Notes under the pieces: generated by a model
What the model was told of the DNA's origin: nothing
The model's input: only the letters and a program-made list of their open reading frames with translations
Databases searched by the model: none
Part shown: one piece after another, positions 26,343-36,153 of the stretch
Numbering within the stretch: the first letter of the stretch is position 1
How the letters are laid out: every line of letters begins with the position of its first letter
Translations under genes and position numbers: made by a program
DNA from: an uncultured Actinomycetes bacterium
Lineage (GTDB): Bacteria; Actinomycetota; UBA4738; HRBIN12
Direction of reading: 5' to 3'
Length of the DNA: 64,000 nucleotides
NCBI GenBank assembly: GCA_963704725.1
Contig: OY969934.1
Coordinates: 160,001-224,000, forward strand

Positions 26343-28649
26343 TTACCGGGCGGGCCGTAGCAGGAGACGGCGGCGGGCGGCGGCTTCGACCGCGGGGCGG
26401 GTCACAGGGGCCGGCCGCAGCTCGCCGGCGATCCACAGCGGGGCCTGGTCGTTCCAGTGCGGAGAGGCCGGGTTCCCGGACTGCCCGGTCGGAGCGACGG
26501 CCGCCGAGCGGTCGACGTCGCCGAGGTCGGCGACCAGCCGCCACGAGGGCACGACGGCCGGGTCGAAGCCCTCGCGCGCGTCGAACCCGCCCTGCAGGAC
26601 CGTCTGCTCGTCCCCGCCGAGCTCGTGCTCGGCCGCCACGAACAGCGGCGCGAGCCCGGGCATGCGGGCCAGCACGTGGGCGAAGCGCACCCGATGGAGA
26701 CCGCCCCACCGCCACGCGCCACGGTCGGGGCCGAGGCGCTCGGCGAGCAGGGCGATCGCCGCCCGGAGCGACTCGCCCAGGAGAACGTCCCATCCCGCGC
26801 CGTCGGTGGCGGCCCAGGCCGGGGGGTCGCGGCGAAGCAACTCGGGGAGCGCGACGCAGACGAACGCCTCGCGCCACGCGTGGTACCGGTCGAACGCCGC
26901 CCGGTCCCGCGAGACGCCGAGGAGGCGCCGGGCAAGGCTCGACAGCCAGGCGTTGTACAGGGCCGCCGCCGCCGAGTCGGCGCGCTGATCGCCGTCCCAC
27001 GCGCGGAGGATCTCGAGGGCCCACGTCTCGTCCGGTCCCTTCGGCTCGAGCGCCACGAGCCGCGGCAGGAGTGCGCGCGCGGGCAGGGAGATCGTGTCCA
27101 CCTGCATGCGGGCCACGGCCTCGACCGTGAGGGCGTCGCTCGCTGCCCCGATCATCTCGACGATCCGGCGAGCCCGGAACGGCGTGTGGAAGTCCCGGCC
27201 GATCAGGTGGGGATAGCCCGCGTCGTGGGTCCGGTTGTTGGCCGTGACCAGGTACCCCCGCCCGGGGTCCTTCGACCACGGGAGGTCCTCGTACGGGATC
27301 CAGCCGTCCCACTCGTGCTCGGAGGTCCATCCCGGGACCGGCGTCGTCCCGTCGCCCGCCCGGCGGAGCGGGTAGCGCCCCGTGAGCTGGTACCCGATCG
27401 TCCCGTCGACGTCCGCGTACACGACGTTCTGCCCGGGGCAGGCCACGCCCCGCAGCGCCTCCCGGAAGGCCTCGAATCTCGGCGCGGTCGCGGCCTCGAC
27501 CAGCGCGGCCGGCTCCAGGAGCCCGTCCGACGCCGTCCACCGGAGCGCGTAGGCTCGGTCGAGCGGCTCGTACGCGACGTCGGAGACCCCGACCGCCTCC
27601 GTCTCGAGCAGCGGTCCGTGCCGGGTCTCGCGCACGTCGAACGCGACGGGGTCGCCCCCCCGGACGGCGATCACCTCGCGACGGACGCGGAGCGGCTCCC
27701 ACGCCCCGTCGAACTCGGCCGCGGCGCCGTCGGGGCTCAGGCGCTCCTCGTACAGGTCCTGGACGTCGCCGGTCACGTTCGTGATGCCCCACGCGTGGTG
27801 CGGGGTGGTGCCCACGAGGACCCCCGGCGCGAAGGGGAAGGCGACGCCGCGCGCCTCGTAGCCCGGCGCCCGCAGGTGCAGCTCGAACCACGCACCCGGT
27901 TGCTGGACGAGCAGGTGGGGGTCGTTCGCGAGCAACGGCTTTCCGCTCGCCGTCCGCGACCCCGCCACGACCCAGTTGTTCGAGCCCTGGCCCCGGGCTC
28001 GGGGGAGCGCGTCGAGGAGCCCGCCGGCGAGCCCGCCGGCGGCCAGGCCCGGCGGATCCTCGGGGAGCGGGGGGAGCAGGTCGCGGACGGCATCCGGGCC
28101 GAGGCGCTCGGCCAGGTGCACGCGCAGCAGCTCCGAGTCCCAGTTGCCGGAGAGCCCCCACGCCGCCAGCGCGAACGCGGCGGCCCACGCCCCGAGGTCG
28201 GTCGGAAGGTCGACCGGGACGGCGAGGAGCGCGTACTCGACCGGCGGCGCCGGCATGACGGCGGTCCACGCCGCCGCGCCCTCCACGAACCGGCCCACCA
28301 TGGCGCGCGAGACCTCGGTCCACCGCTCGGCCTCGCGCGCGCCGATGACGTGCAATCCGACGACGCGCGCGAACCGGTCGGCGTCGAGCGTCAGCTCGGC
28401 GAACAGCTCCGAGAGCCGGCCGTTCGCGGCCCGAAGGGCCAGGTCGATCTGGAACAACCGCTCGGACGCCGTGACGAAGCCCTGCGCGAACCACAGGTCC
28501 TCGAGGGACCCGGCGCTCAGGTACGGGATCCCCCACCGGTCCCGCAGGACCTCGACCGGGGCGCGCAGGCCGGGGACGTCGAGCTCGCCTTCCAGCGGTG
28601 GGAGCGCCGCCTCGGCGGCGGCCCGGAGCTCCTCGACCCAGTCGTCCAT
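26343..28649 (-). CDS. penicillin acylase family (S45) Ntn-hydrolase, no signal peptide
   Basis: RDRWGIP, AQGFVTASERLFQ, GSNNWVV nucleophile, ANDPHL, TANN, GQSGNP.SPHW.DQ. Confidence 0.93.
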   Translation of the reverse strand: MDDWVEELRAAAEAALPPLEGELDVPGLRAPVEVLRDRWGIPYLSAGSLEDLWFAQGFVTASERLFQIDLALRAANGRLSELFAELTLDADRFARVVGLHVIGAREAERWTEVSRAMVGRFVEGAAAWTAVMPAPPVEYALLAVPVDLPTDLGAWAAAFALAAWGLSGNWDSELLRVHLAERLGPDAVRDLLPPLPEDPPGLAAGGLAGGLLDALPRARGQGSNNWVVAGSRTASGKPLLANDPHLLVQQPGAWFELHLRAPGYEARGVAFPFAPGVLVGTTPHHAWGITNVTGDVQDLYEERLSPDGAAAEFDGAWEPLRVRREVIAVRGGDPVAFDVRETRHGPLLETEAVGVSDVAYEPLDRAYALRWTASDGLLEPAALVEAATAPRFEAFREALRGVACPGQNVVYADVDGTIGYQLTGRYPLRRAGDGTTPVPGWTSEHEWDGWIPYEDLPWSKDPGRGYLVTANNRTHDAGYPHLIGRDFHTPFRARRIVEMIGAASDALTVEAVARMQVDTISLPARALLPRLVALEPKGPDETWALEILRAWDGDQRADSAAAALYNAWLSSLARRLLGVSRDRAAFDRYHAWREAFVCVALPELLRRDPPAWAATDGAGWDVLLGESLRAAIALLAERLGPDRGAWRWGGLHRVRFAHVLARMPGLAPLFVAAEHELGGDEQTVLQGGFDAREGFDPAVVPSWRLVADLGDVDRSAAVAPTGQSGNPASPHWNDQAPLWIAGELRPAPVTRPAVEAAARRRLLLRPAR

Positions 28650-28729
28650 CGTCGCCGAGCCTATCGACCGGGTAGGCCGCGCGGCCCTCCCCGGTTGAGC
28701 CGCCACGCCGGGGCTGGAATGATGCGCCC

Positions 28730-30454
28730 ATGACCGACCATCGGCCCTGGTTCCGCGGCTATCCGTCCGTCGTTCCGCGCACGCTCGAGCCGTACCCGGC
28801 GATCTCGGTCTTCGGGATGATGGAGGCGTCGGCCCGCACGTACCCCAGCCGCCCCGCACTCGCGTGGTTCGGTCGCAAGATGAGCTACCGGGACCTGCTC
28901 ACCGAGACCGAGCGCTGCTCGGCGGCGCTGGCCGGGCTCGGGGTGGCCAAGGGCGACCGCGTCGCACTGATCATGCCCAACTGTCCGCAGTACGTGATCG
29001 CGTACTACGCGACGACCAGGCTTGGCGCGATCGTCGTCGGCAACAACCCGCTCTACACGAAGCGGGAGATGGAGCACCAGCTCAAGGACTGCGGGGCCAA
29101 GGTCGTCGTCGTACTCGACCTCCTGTACTCGGACTTCGCCGACGTCTTCAAGACGCTCGCCCTCGAGCACGTCGTTGTCGCCGGACTGCAGGACTACATG
29201 CCGTTCCCGAAGAAGCAGCTCGCCCCGGCGCTGAAGTTCAAGAAGCTCCAGCGCGAGCAGGGCAAGCCGTGGCCCCCGGTCCCGAGCGGCGCGCCCGTGC
29301 TGCGGTGGGAGGCCTGGATGAAGGCGGCCGGCCCCGTCCCCGTCGCGCCGGAGATCGACCCCGTGCGCGACGCCGCCGGATTCATCTACACGGGGGGGAC
29401 GACCGGCATCAGCAAGGGCGCGATGCTCTCGCACCGCAACCTCGTGGCGAACGCGATGCAGGCCGCCGCCTACATCGAGCTCGGCGAGGGCGTCGAGGCG
29501 CTCCTCGGCTCCCTGCCGTTCTTCCACTCGTTCGGGATGCTCGTGATGAACGCCGGGATCGTGCAGGCCGGCAAGCTCATCCCGATCCCCAATCCTCGCG
29601 ACCTCCACCTCGTGATGGAGGAGATCGACAAGGAGAAGCCGACGTTCGTGCCGGGCGTGCCGCGCTTCTTCAACGCGCTGAACGAGTCCCCGCTGGTGAA
29701 GAAGTTCGACCTCACGTCGGTGCGCGCATGCATCTCGGGCGGTGCCCCCCTGCCCACCGCGATCGCCGAACGGTTCGCGGAGATCACGAACGGGGCGGTC
29801 CTCGTCGAGGGCTACGGTCTCACCGAGGCCTCGCCCGTCACCCACGCCAACCCGCTCCACGGGGTCCGCAAGCCCGCGTCGATCGGGCTGCCGCTGCCCG
29901 ACACCGACTGCAAGATCGTCGACCTCGAGAACCCCGACCACGAGCTCGGGCTCGGCGCGCGCGGCGAGCTGTGCGTCCGAGGTCCGCAGGTGATGCTGGG
30001 CTACTGGAACCGGCCCGAGGAGACCGCGCTCACGATCCGTAATGGGTGGCTCCACACCGGCGACGTGGCGATCATGGACGACGACGGCTACTTCCACATC
30101 GTCGACCGGCTCAAGGAGATGATCAACGTTTCCGGCTTCAACGTGTATCCCAACGAGGTCGAGGAGGCCCTGTACCGGCATCCGAAGATCTCGAAGGTCG
30201 CCGTGATCGGCGTCCCCGACCCCAAGACCGGCGAGGCCGTCAAGGCGTTCGTGGTGCTGAAGGAGGGGACCGCGGCCACGGCCGAGGAGATCGTCGCGTG
30301 GGGCCGGGACCCGGCGAACGGGCTCACCGCGTACCGCGCGCCGAAGCAGGTCGAGTTCCGCGACGCCCTTCCCGAGACGATGATCGGCAAGGTGCTCCGC
30401 CGGGTCCTGATGGAGGAGGAGCGCCAAAGGTCCTCGGCCGGCGTGCCGCGGTGA
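28730..30454 (+). CDS. long-chain fatty acid--CoA ligase
   Basis: YTGGTTGISKG, EGYGLTE, GWLHTGD, DRLKEMI, GFNVYPNEVE, IGKVLRR. Confidence 0.93.
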   Translation: MTDHRPWFRGYPSVVPRTLEPYPAISVFGMMEASARTYPSRPALAWFGRKMSYRDLLTETERCSAALAGLGVAKGDRVALIMPNCPQYVIAYYATTRLGAIVVGNNPLYTKREMEHQLKDCGAKVVVVLDLLYSDFADVFKTLALEHVVVAGLQDYMPFPKKQLAPALKFKKLQREQGKPWPPVPSGAPVLRWEAWMKAAGPVPVAPEIDPVRDAAGFIYTGGTTGISKGAMLSHRNLVANAMQAAAYIELGEGVEALLGSLPFFHSFGMLVMNAGIVQAGKLIPIPNPRDLHLVMEEIDKEKPTFVPGVPRFFNALNESPLVKKFDLTSVRACISGGAPLPTAIAERFAEITNGAVLVEGYGLTEASPVTHANPLHGVRKPASIGLPLPDTDCKIVDLENPDHELGLGARGELCVRGPQVMLGYWNRPEETALTIRNGWLHTGDVAIMDDDGYFHIVDRLKEMINVSGFNVYPNEVEEALYRHPKISKVAVIGVPDPKTGEAVKAFVVLKEGTAATAEEIVAWGRDPANGLTAYRAPKQVEFRDALPETMIGKVLRRVLMEEERQRSSAGVPR

Positions 30455-30990
30455 GCCGGCCGTTCCTCGACCTCGGCGAGGGTGTCGAGCTCAGGCTGCT
30501 CGAGCCGTCGGACGCCGAGGAGATGTTCGCGCTCGTCGAACGCGACCGGCGCCGCCTCCGTGAGTGGATGCCGTGGGTCGACGGCACGACCTCGCCCAAG
30601 GACTCGCGGGCGTTCGTCGAGCACGCCCGCGACACGGAGCAGCTGGATGGCCTGGGCGTCTTCGTCGACGGCGCCTACGCGGGCGGCATCGGGCTGCGCG
30701 TCGACGCGATGAACCGCTGCGCCGAGATCGGCTACTGGATCGGATCGCCGTGGGAGGGCCGGGGTCTCGTGACCCGGGCGTGCCGGGCGCTGATCGGACA
30801 CGCCTTCGGCGACCTCGGGATGCATCGGGTGGAGATCCGGGCCGCCCAGGACAACCTCCGGAGCCGCGCCGTCCCCGAGCGCCTCGGCTTCACGCAGGAG
30901 GCGGCGCTCCGCGAGTCGGGCCGGGCCGACGCACGCGGGTACGTCGATCTCGTCGTGTACGGCCTGCTCGACCGGGAGTGGACCGCGTGA
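30451..30990 (+). CDS. RimJ/RimL-family GNAT acetyltransferase
   Basis: LREWMPWV, EIGYWI, EGRGLVT, NLRSRAVPERLGF; GTGA overlap. Confidence 0.88.
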   Translation: MSRPFLDLGEGVELRLLEPSDAEEMFALVERDRRRLREWMPWVDGTTSPKDSRAFVEHARDTEQLDGLGVFVDGAYAGGIGLRVDAMNRCAEIGYWIGSPWEGRGLVTRACRALIGHAFGDLGMHRVEIRAAQDNLRSRAVPERLGFTQEAALRESGRADARGYVDLVVYGLLDREWTA

Positions 30991-31682
30991 GCCGGTTCCA
31001 CGCCGCCGTCTTCGACCTGTTCGGCACGCTCGTGTACGAGTTCCCGCGGGACGAGTGGGAGGGGTGGCTCGACACCGCGGCGGCCGTCCTCGAGGTCGAC
31101 CCGGAGGCGTTCCACGGGGCTTGGCGGGCCACCGCCATCGATCGGCAGACCGGCCGGGCCGGCGACATCGAGGAGAACCTGCGGACGGTGGCCGCTCGCG
31201 CCGGCGCGTGGCCGACCGACGCGCAGATCACCGAGATCCTCGAGTCCCGGGCCGAGCTCTACCGCAAGTGGTTCGTCCCCCGGCCGAGCGCCGAAGAGAC
31301 CCTGCGAGAGCTGCGCCGGCGACGGGTGCCCACCGCGCTCATCAGCATGTGCGCTCCAGACACGCCGTCGCTGTGGCGCGCCGGCCCCCTCGCCGGGCTG
31401 ATCGACGTCGAGGTCTTCTCGTGCGAGGTCATGCTCCGAAAGCCCGAACCCGAGATCTACCGGCTCGCCTGCGAGCGGCTCGGCGTGGACCCGGCCGGAT
31501 GCCTGTACGTGGGCGACGGCGCGTACGGCGAGCTGACCGGCGCCGCGGCGGTGGGCATGCACGCCGTCCTGATCCGCGATCCAGAGGACGCCGCGGTGGA
31601 GGTCCTGCGCCTGGAGGCCGAGGAGTGGTCCGGCCCGGCGATCCCCGACCTGATCGAGGTCCTCCGCCTGTTCGAGGGCTGA
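30987..31682 (+). CDS. HAD-family hydrolase
   Basis: FDLFGTL, KPEPEIY, YVGDG..ELTGA..VGM; GTGA overlap. Confidence 0.88.
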   Translation: MSRFHAAVFDLFGTLVYEFPRDEWEGWLDTAAAVLEVDPEAFHGAWRATAIDRQTGRAGDIEENLRTVAARAGAWPTDAQITEILESRAELYRKWFVPRPSAEETLRELRRRRVPTALISMCAPDTPSLWRAGPLAGLIDVEVFSCEVMLRKPEPEIYRLACERLGVDPAGCLYVGDGAYGELTGAAAVGMHAVLIRDPEDAAVEVLRLEAEEWSGPAIPDLIEVLRLFEG

Positions 31683-31709
31683 GGGAACCAGGGGGTCCCC
31701 AACCGGGTC

Positions 31710-33305
31710 TTGCCCGGTGTGCGTCGCTCGATCGCCGCGCTGTGCGTGACCGCGTCCCTCGTGGCCGCCTGTGACGCATCCGACCGCGCCACGACACCGT
31801 CGTCCCCGAGCCCCGCCGCCCGGGTCGCGGTGTCGGCCGCCCCGGTCGCCTCCGCCGATCCGTGGTTCGCCTATCCCATCGGGTGGACCAGGCTCCGCAC
31901 GCCTCCCCAGCATCGGAGCGGCGAGTCGTGGGTCTGGGTCGGTGACGAGTTGGTCGTCGCCGGTGGCTGCGACCCTGGCGTCCCTGATCACTGCCGCGAG
32001 ACCCGCAGCGCGTTCGACTTCGATCCGCAGTCCGGCCGGTGGCGAAGCATCCGCCCTTCCCCAGAACCGATGACCCACGCCCTCTCCGCATGGACGGGCA
32101 CGGAGGCGATCTTCCTCGAGGCGTACGGCACGAACGAGCCGATCGGAGGTCAGGCCTACGATCCGAGCTCCGGCATGTGGCGGCCGATCGCGCCGGCTCC
32201 GCTTGAGCGAGGCGGCGTCGTCGTCGCCGCATGGACCGGGGCCGACCTGATCGTGCTGGCTGGCGCCGGCCCGAGTGACCAGTCGGTGCTCGAGGCGGCG
32301 GCCTACGATCCGACGACGGATTCGTGGTGGCGGCTCGCGAACGCGCCGCTCGGGCTCAACCTGTCGAGCGGCATGTGGACGGGCCGGCGGTTGCTGGTCT
32401 TCGGCTCGCTGCTCGACAGCCGCAACCACGCGTCGACACCCACGTCGGTGGGTGCTGCGTACGACCCAGAGCTCGACTCATGGGCGATGATGCCGCCGTC
32501 GGCCCTGTCTCCCCAGGCGACGTCCGCCGGGTGGCTCGGCGACCGGATGGTCGCGTGGGACTACGAGACCATGTCGCAGGAGTACGACCCGGAGACCAAC
32601 CGATGGTCCGCGCCGCTGAACATGCCACTCGCGTTCAGCGAGTGCTACCCGGACAGCGTCGTGGTGGAGGGGCTGCTGCTCGCATGGTTCTGCGGCGCCG
32701 CCGCGTTGTACGACTCGACCACCGATGCCTGGCGGCGGATCGATGGCGGCCCGCTGGAGGACACCGTCCACTCGAAGGCCTACGGGCGAGATCTCCCGGT
32801 GTGGCGGTTCGCGGATCTCGTGCCGGCTGGCCCGGTGGTGGTCATGCCGATGGAGGGGATCACCCTGAGCCGGCGAGGGGTCGCCTGTTACGGCTGCGAG
32901 GGCTCGCCTCGCTCGTATTGGGTCTACCGACCGCCGCCCCACGTCGAGCCCGACACATCGTTCGTCCGGCCGACGAACGGCGACGTTCGTCGGGCGGCGC
33001 TGGGCTTCCTCGGCACCTGGTTGCAGGGCACGCTGGCTCGACTCCAATGGCTGGCGACGCCCGACGGCCTGGCGAGGTTCGACGCACGTGTTCCCGACCT
33101 TGGGGCAGGGGCGAACTACTGGATCGACGGCAGGGTCGAGGCGCTCGACGACGGCGAGTTCGACGTGCCCGTCGAGCTGGTCGTGCGATATCGCAACCCA
33201 CCCGACACCCCACCCGAGGCGCTGCGCCTCGTGCTGGTGTTCGGCGCCGGGACGAGCATCGGCGGGGATCCCGGCGCGTTGCTGCTCGTCCACGTTCGCC
33301 GCTGA
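31710..33305 (+). CDS. Kelch-repeat lipoprotein
   Basis: Lipobox LVAAC; repeated WTG..L.V.GG and YDP....W units; start may be 31719. Confidence 0.8.
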   Translation: MPGVRRSIAALCVTASLVAACDASDRATTPSSPSPAARVAVSAAPVASADPWFAYPIGWTRLRTPPQHRSGESWVWVGDELVVAGGCDPGVPDHCRETRSAFDFDPQSGRWRSIRPSPEPMTHALSAWTGTEAIFLEAYGTNEPIGGQAYDPSSGMWRPIAPAPLERGGVVVAAWTGADLIVLAGAGPSDQSVLEAAAYDPTTDSWWRLANAPLGLNLSSGMWTGRRLLVFGSLLDSRNHASTPTSVGAAYDPELDSWAMMPPSALSPQATSAGWLGDRMVAWDYETMSQEYDPETNRWSAPLNMPLAFSECYPDSVVVEGLLLAWFCGAAALYDSTTDAWRRIDGGPLEDTVHSKAYGRDLPVWRFADLVPAGPVVVMPMEGITLSRRGVACYGCEGSPRSYWVYRPPPHVEPDTSFVRPTNGDVRRAALGFLGTWLQGTLARLQWLATPDGLARFDARVPDLGAGANYWIDGRVEALDDGEFDVPVELVVRYRNPPDTPPEALRLVLVFGAGTSIGGDPGALLLVHVRR

Positions 33306-33572
33306 GAGAGGCGCCGAGCTCGTTCGGCGATCGCGACGACCTCGCCGACCACGAACGTTGCCGGCCCGTGGGCACGCGAGCGCTTCCTCGTCTCCGCGGC
33401 CGAACACGAACAGGTGGCCCCCTTCGGACGCACGACCACCAGCCCGTCCGGGCCCGCTCCACGAGGAGCGCGTCGATCTACGGCCGCGTGCTCCGATGTG
33501 TCGAGGCAGAACGCCTGGGTGGCGCTCGGCTCTTGGAGCGGCGGCGCTCCGGCCGAGGAATGGGTCGGCAGG

Positions 33573-34433
33573 TCAGGACAGGGCGCCCACGGACCGAGCG
33601 GACGCCAGGGCGCGCTCCCGCTCCGAGGGGTCGAGGCGCCGGAGTGGGGGGCGGACGTCCGGCGCGATCGGGACGCCCCGCGCCACGAGGATCTCCTTCA
33701 ACGCGGCGATGAGCGGGCGGCCTCCGAGATCCTCGCGGAGGACGCGCACCCGATTGGCGGCCTCCACGCTGCGATCGTGAACGAGCGCCGCGACGATCTC
33801 GGGGAACGCCGACGCGAGCGCGCTCACCGCGCCCGCTGCCCCGTGCGCGAGCCCCTCGAGCACGAGCGGCTCGGACCCCACGAACAGATCGAGCCCGCTG
33901 AACAGGTACGGCTCGACCGCGCTCCACGGCGTGTCCGAGACCTTCATCCCGGCGAGGTTGGGCGTCGCGTCGCGCAGCCGATGCATGGTCGGCACCGGGA
34001 TGGCGTAGCCCGAGCGCGCGGCGAACTCGTACACGTAGAACGGGAGCGGGGCGCACGCCTGCGCCGCAGCGAGGAGGTGCGCGAGGATCTCGTCCCCGTC
34101 CAGCGGGAAGTAGGGAGGCGCGATCACCGCAAGGGCGTCGGCACCGGCCTCCCTCGCGTGCGTGGCGAGGGCGACCGTGTCCGCCGTCGTCTGCGCTCCG
34201 GCGTGGACCGCGACCTGGAACCCGGCCGGGCGCGTCGCGAGCATCCGCTCGACCAGCCGGCGGCGCTCCTGCACCGACAGGAGGATCCCCTCGCCGGTCG
34301 TGCCGCAGGCCAGGACGCCGTCCACGCCGCCATCGGCCAGGAATCGCAGGAGCGGACCGACCGCGTCCTCGTCCAGACGGCGGCCGCCGTCGGTGAGCGG
34401 CGTGACGGCGGCGGCGATGGCTCCCCTCAGCAC
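33573..34433 (-). CDS. dihydrodipicolinate synthase/N-acetylneuraminate lyase family protein
   Basis: AAVTP, CGTTGEG, PPYF, YVYE, GMKVS. Confidence 0.88.
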   Translation of the reverse strand: MLRGAIAAAVTPLTDGGRRLDEDAVGPLLRFLADGGVDGVLACGTTGEGILLSVQERRRLVERMLATRPAGFQVAVHAGAQTTADTVALATHAREAGADALAVIAPPYFPLDGDEILAHLLAAAQACAPLPFYVYEFAARSGYAIPVPTMHRLRDATPNLAGMKVSDTPWSAVEPYLFSGLDLFVGSEPLVLEGLAHGAAGAVSALASAFPEIVAALVHDRSVEAANRVRVLREDLGGRPLIAALKEILVARGVPIAPDVRPPLRRLDPSERERALASARSVGALS

Positions 34434-34526
34434 GTGGGCATGGTACCGGCGGTGTTTGTTCCGTCGAGCCGGCGGGAACGAAGCGGCTAAGCCCGCGACG
34501 CGAAACGCGGTCGAAGGGAGCTCGGG

Positions 34527-34793
34527 ATGACGATGGAGCCTCGGCGGGGATCGGACGTCCGGTGCCCGCTTTGCGGTGAGGGTGTGCTCGGCGACATCGG
34601 CTACGACTGGGGCCGAGATGGATCCGCGCCGAAGCAGACCGCGGACAGCCGCGAGCTCCTCACGTTCTCATGCGGCCACTCGGTCGAAGCCAGGGCCCTC
34701 GCGGAGGCGGCCCGCGACGACCCGAACGTCGAGCGCCGCCACTCGCCGGATACCATCGAGCCGCTCGAGTTCGAAGGAGGCGAGGCGACATGA
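34527..34793 (+). CDS. small zinc-ribbon-like hypothetical protein
   Basis: CPLCGEG...FSCGH; AAGGGAG SD. Confidence 0.6.
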   Translation: MTMEPRRGSDVRCPLCGEGVLGDIGYDWGRDGSAPKQTADSRELLTFSCGHSVEARALAEAARDDPNVERRHSPDTIEPLEFEGGEAT

Positions 34794-35071
34794 GGACCGA
34801 GCACCCGGAGCCGAGGCCCGATCCCTCTCCCGTTCCACCCGGACCGATGCCAGATCCCGGGCCGATCCCGGACCCCGGACCGCCGAGCCCTCAACCGCTC
34901 CCCGACCCCTTGCCGCCCCCCGACACCGAGCCGCCCATCCGCGTGACCATGTCGTCGACGGAGCGCGCCGATCCGGCCGCCGTGGATCAGGGGACGATCT
35001 TGGAGATCGGGAGCTCGAGGATGTCGGTCGCGCCACGCGCCTTCAGCAGCGGGATCAGCGTGTTGACCTGA
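34790..35071 (+). CDS. Pro-rich small protein (PDP repeats)
   Basis: ATGA overlap with the upstream gene, AAGGAGG SD; 3' end overlaps hisG antisense. Confidence 0.45.
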   Translation: MRTEHPEPRPDPSPVPPGPMPDPGPIPDPGPPSPQPLPDPLPPPDTEPPIRVTMSSTERADPAAVDQGTILEIGSSRMSVAPRAFSSGISVLT

Positions 35072-35862
35072 CGCTTCTCCACCACGCTCTCGACGGCGAA
35101 CCCCCCGGCCTGCAGCGGCGACACCGTGGGCGACTTCGCGGACGGCACGACCTCGAGGACGCCGGGCAGATGGGACTCGGCGACGTTGAGCTTGATCAGC
35201 ACGCGTCCCTCCGCGCGGAGCGCGCCGAGCAGGAGCGTGGACACGTCGTCCATCGCGGCGCGCTTCACCGGGTCCGCCGCGGCGTCCCGATTGGCCACCA
35301 GGACCGGCTCGGAGGTCATGAGCGTCTCGATGATCTTCATGCCGTGCGCCCGCAGCGTGCTCCCCGTCTCCGTGATGTCGACGATCGCGTCGACGATCTC
35401 GGGGACCTTGGCCTCGGTGGCCCCGAACGACCAGACCACGCGCACGTCGATGCCGAGGTCGTCGAAGTAACGCTTCGTGAGCCGGACGAACTCCGTCGAG
35501 ATCCGTGAGCCGGCGGGGATCTCCTTCGCCCCGTCGGCGGGGTGCTCGGCCGGGACCGCGAGCACGATCCTCGTGCCGTGCCCCGTTCCGCTCTTGGCAT
35601 AGGAGAGCGAGGCCAGGACCTCGACCTCGGCGCCGGTCTCCGCGATCCAGTCCTGCCCCGTGATCCCCAGGTCGAAGAGCCCGTCCTGGACGTACACGGG
35701 GATCTCCTGCGGCCGGAGCAGCGAGACGCGGTCGATGCGCTCGTCTTCGATCGTCCCGTGGTAGTCGCGGTCGGACCCTCGCCGCACCCGCAGATCGGCC
35801 TCTTCGAGCAGCCGCAGCGTCTGTTGCTCGAGCGAGCCCTTCGGGATCACGAGTCGGAGCAT
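34987..35862 (-). CDS. hisG: ATP phosphoribosyltransferase, long form
   Basis: IPKGSL, RPQEIP, DLGITGQD, GATEAK..DAIVDITETGSTL, SPTVSPL. Confidence 0.96.
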   Translation of the reverse strand: MLRLVIPKGSLEQQTLRLLEEADLRVRRGSDRDYHGTIEDERIDRVSLLRPQEIPVYVQDGLFDLGITGQDWIAETGAEVEVLASLSYAKSGTGHGTRIVLAVPAEHPADGAKEIPAGSRISTEFVRLTKRYFDDLGIDVRVVWSFGATEAKVPEIVDAIVDITETGSTLRAHGMKIIETLMTSEPVLVANRDAAADPVKRAAMDDVSTLLLGALRAEGRVLIKLNVAESHLPGVLEVVPSAKSPTVSPLQAGGFAVESVVEKRQVNTLIPLLKARGATDILELPISKIVP

Positions 35863-35890
35863 CTGCGCAGTCTACGGGGCTGGCCGAGAT

Positions 35891-35919
35891 TTGACTTCTC
35901 AGGTAGGAATTCCTACCAT
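35891..35919 (+). promoter_or_regulatory. sigma70 promoter with a 16-bp palindromic operator for vapBC (leaderless)
   Basis: TTGACT-N17-TACCAT, 6 nt before ATG 35926; perfect palindrome GGTAGGAATTCCTACC at 35902-35917. Confidence 0.8.
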
Positions 35920-35925
35920 TCATCC

Positions 35926-36153
35926 ATGAACGCCGTCGTTTCGGAGAAAGGCCAGGTCACGATCCCCAAGGCCCTTCGATACCGCCTCGGCATCCAGCCG
36001 GGACAGGTGCTCGATTTCGATGAGGAGGGCGGACGTCTCGTGGCCCGGAAAGTCGTCGCGCGAGATCCCGTCGACATGGTGTGGGGGACCTTGAAGCTGG
36101 ATCGCTCGGTGGACGAGCTCATCGAGGAGATGCGGGGCCCGGTCGACCTGTGA
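35926..36153 (+). CDS. vapB: AbrB/MazE/SpoVT-type antitoxin
   Basis: VSEKGQVTIPKALRYRLGIQPG. Confidence 0.9.
   Translation: MNAVVSEKGQVTIPKALRYRLGIQPGQVLDFDEEGGRLVARKVVARDPVDMVWGTLKLDRSVDELIEEMRGPVDL

Noticed and set aside
33306-33572. Possible gene remnant or structured RNA between the Kelch lipoprotein and the DHDPS-like gene
   Set aside because: Only imperfect hairpins and no recognisable motif; cannot be supported
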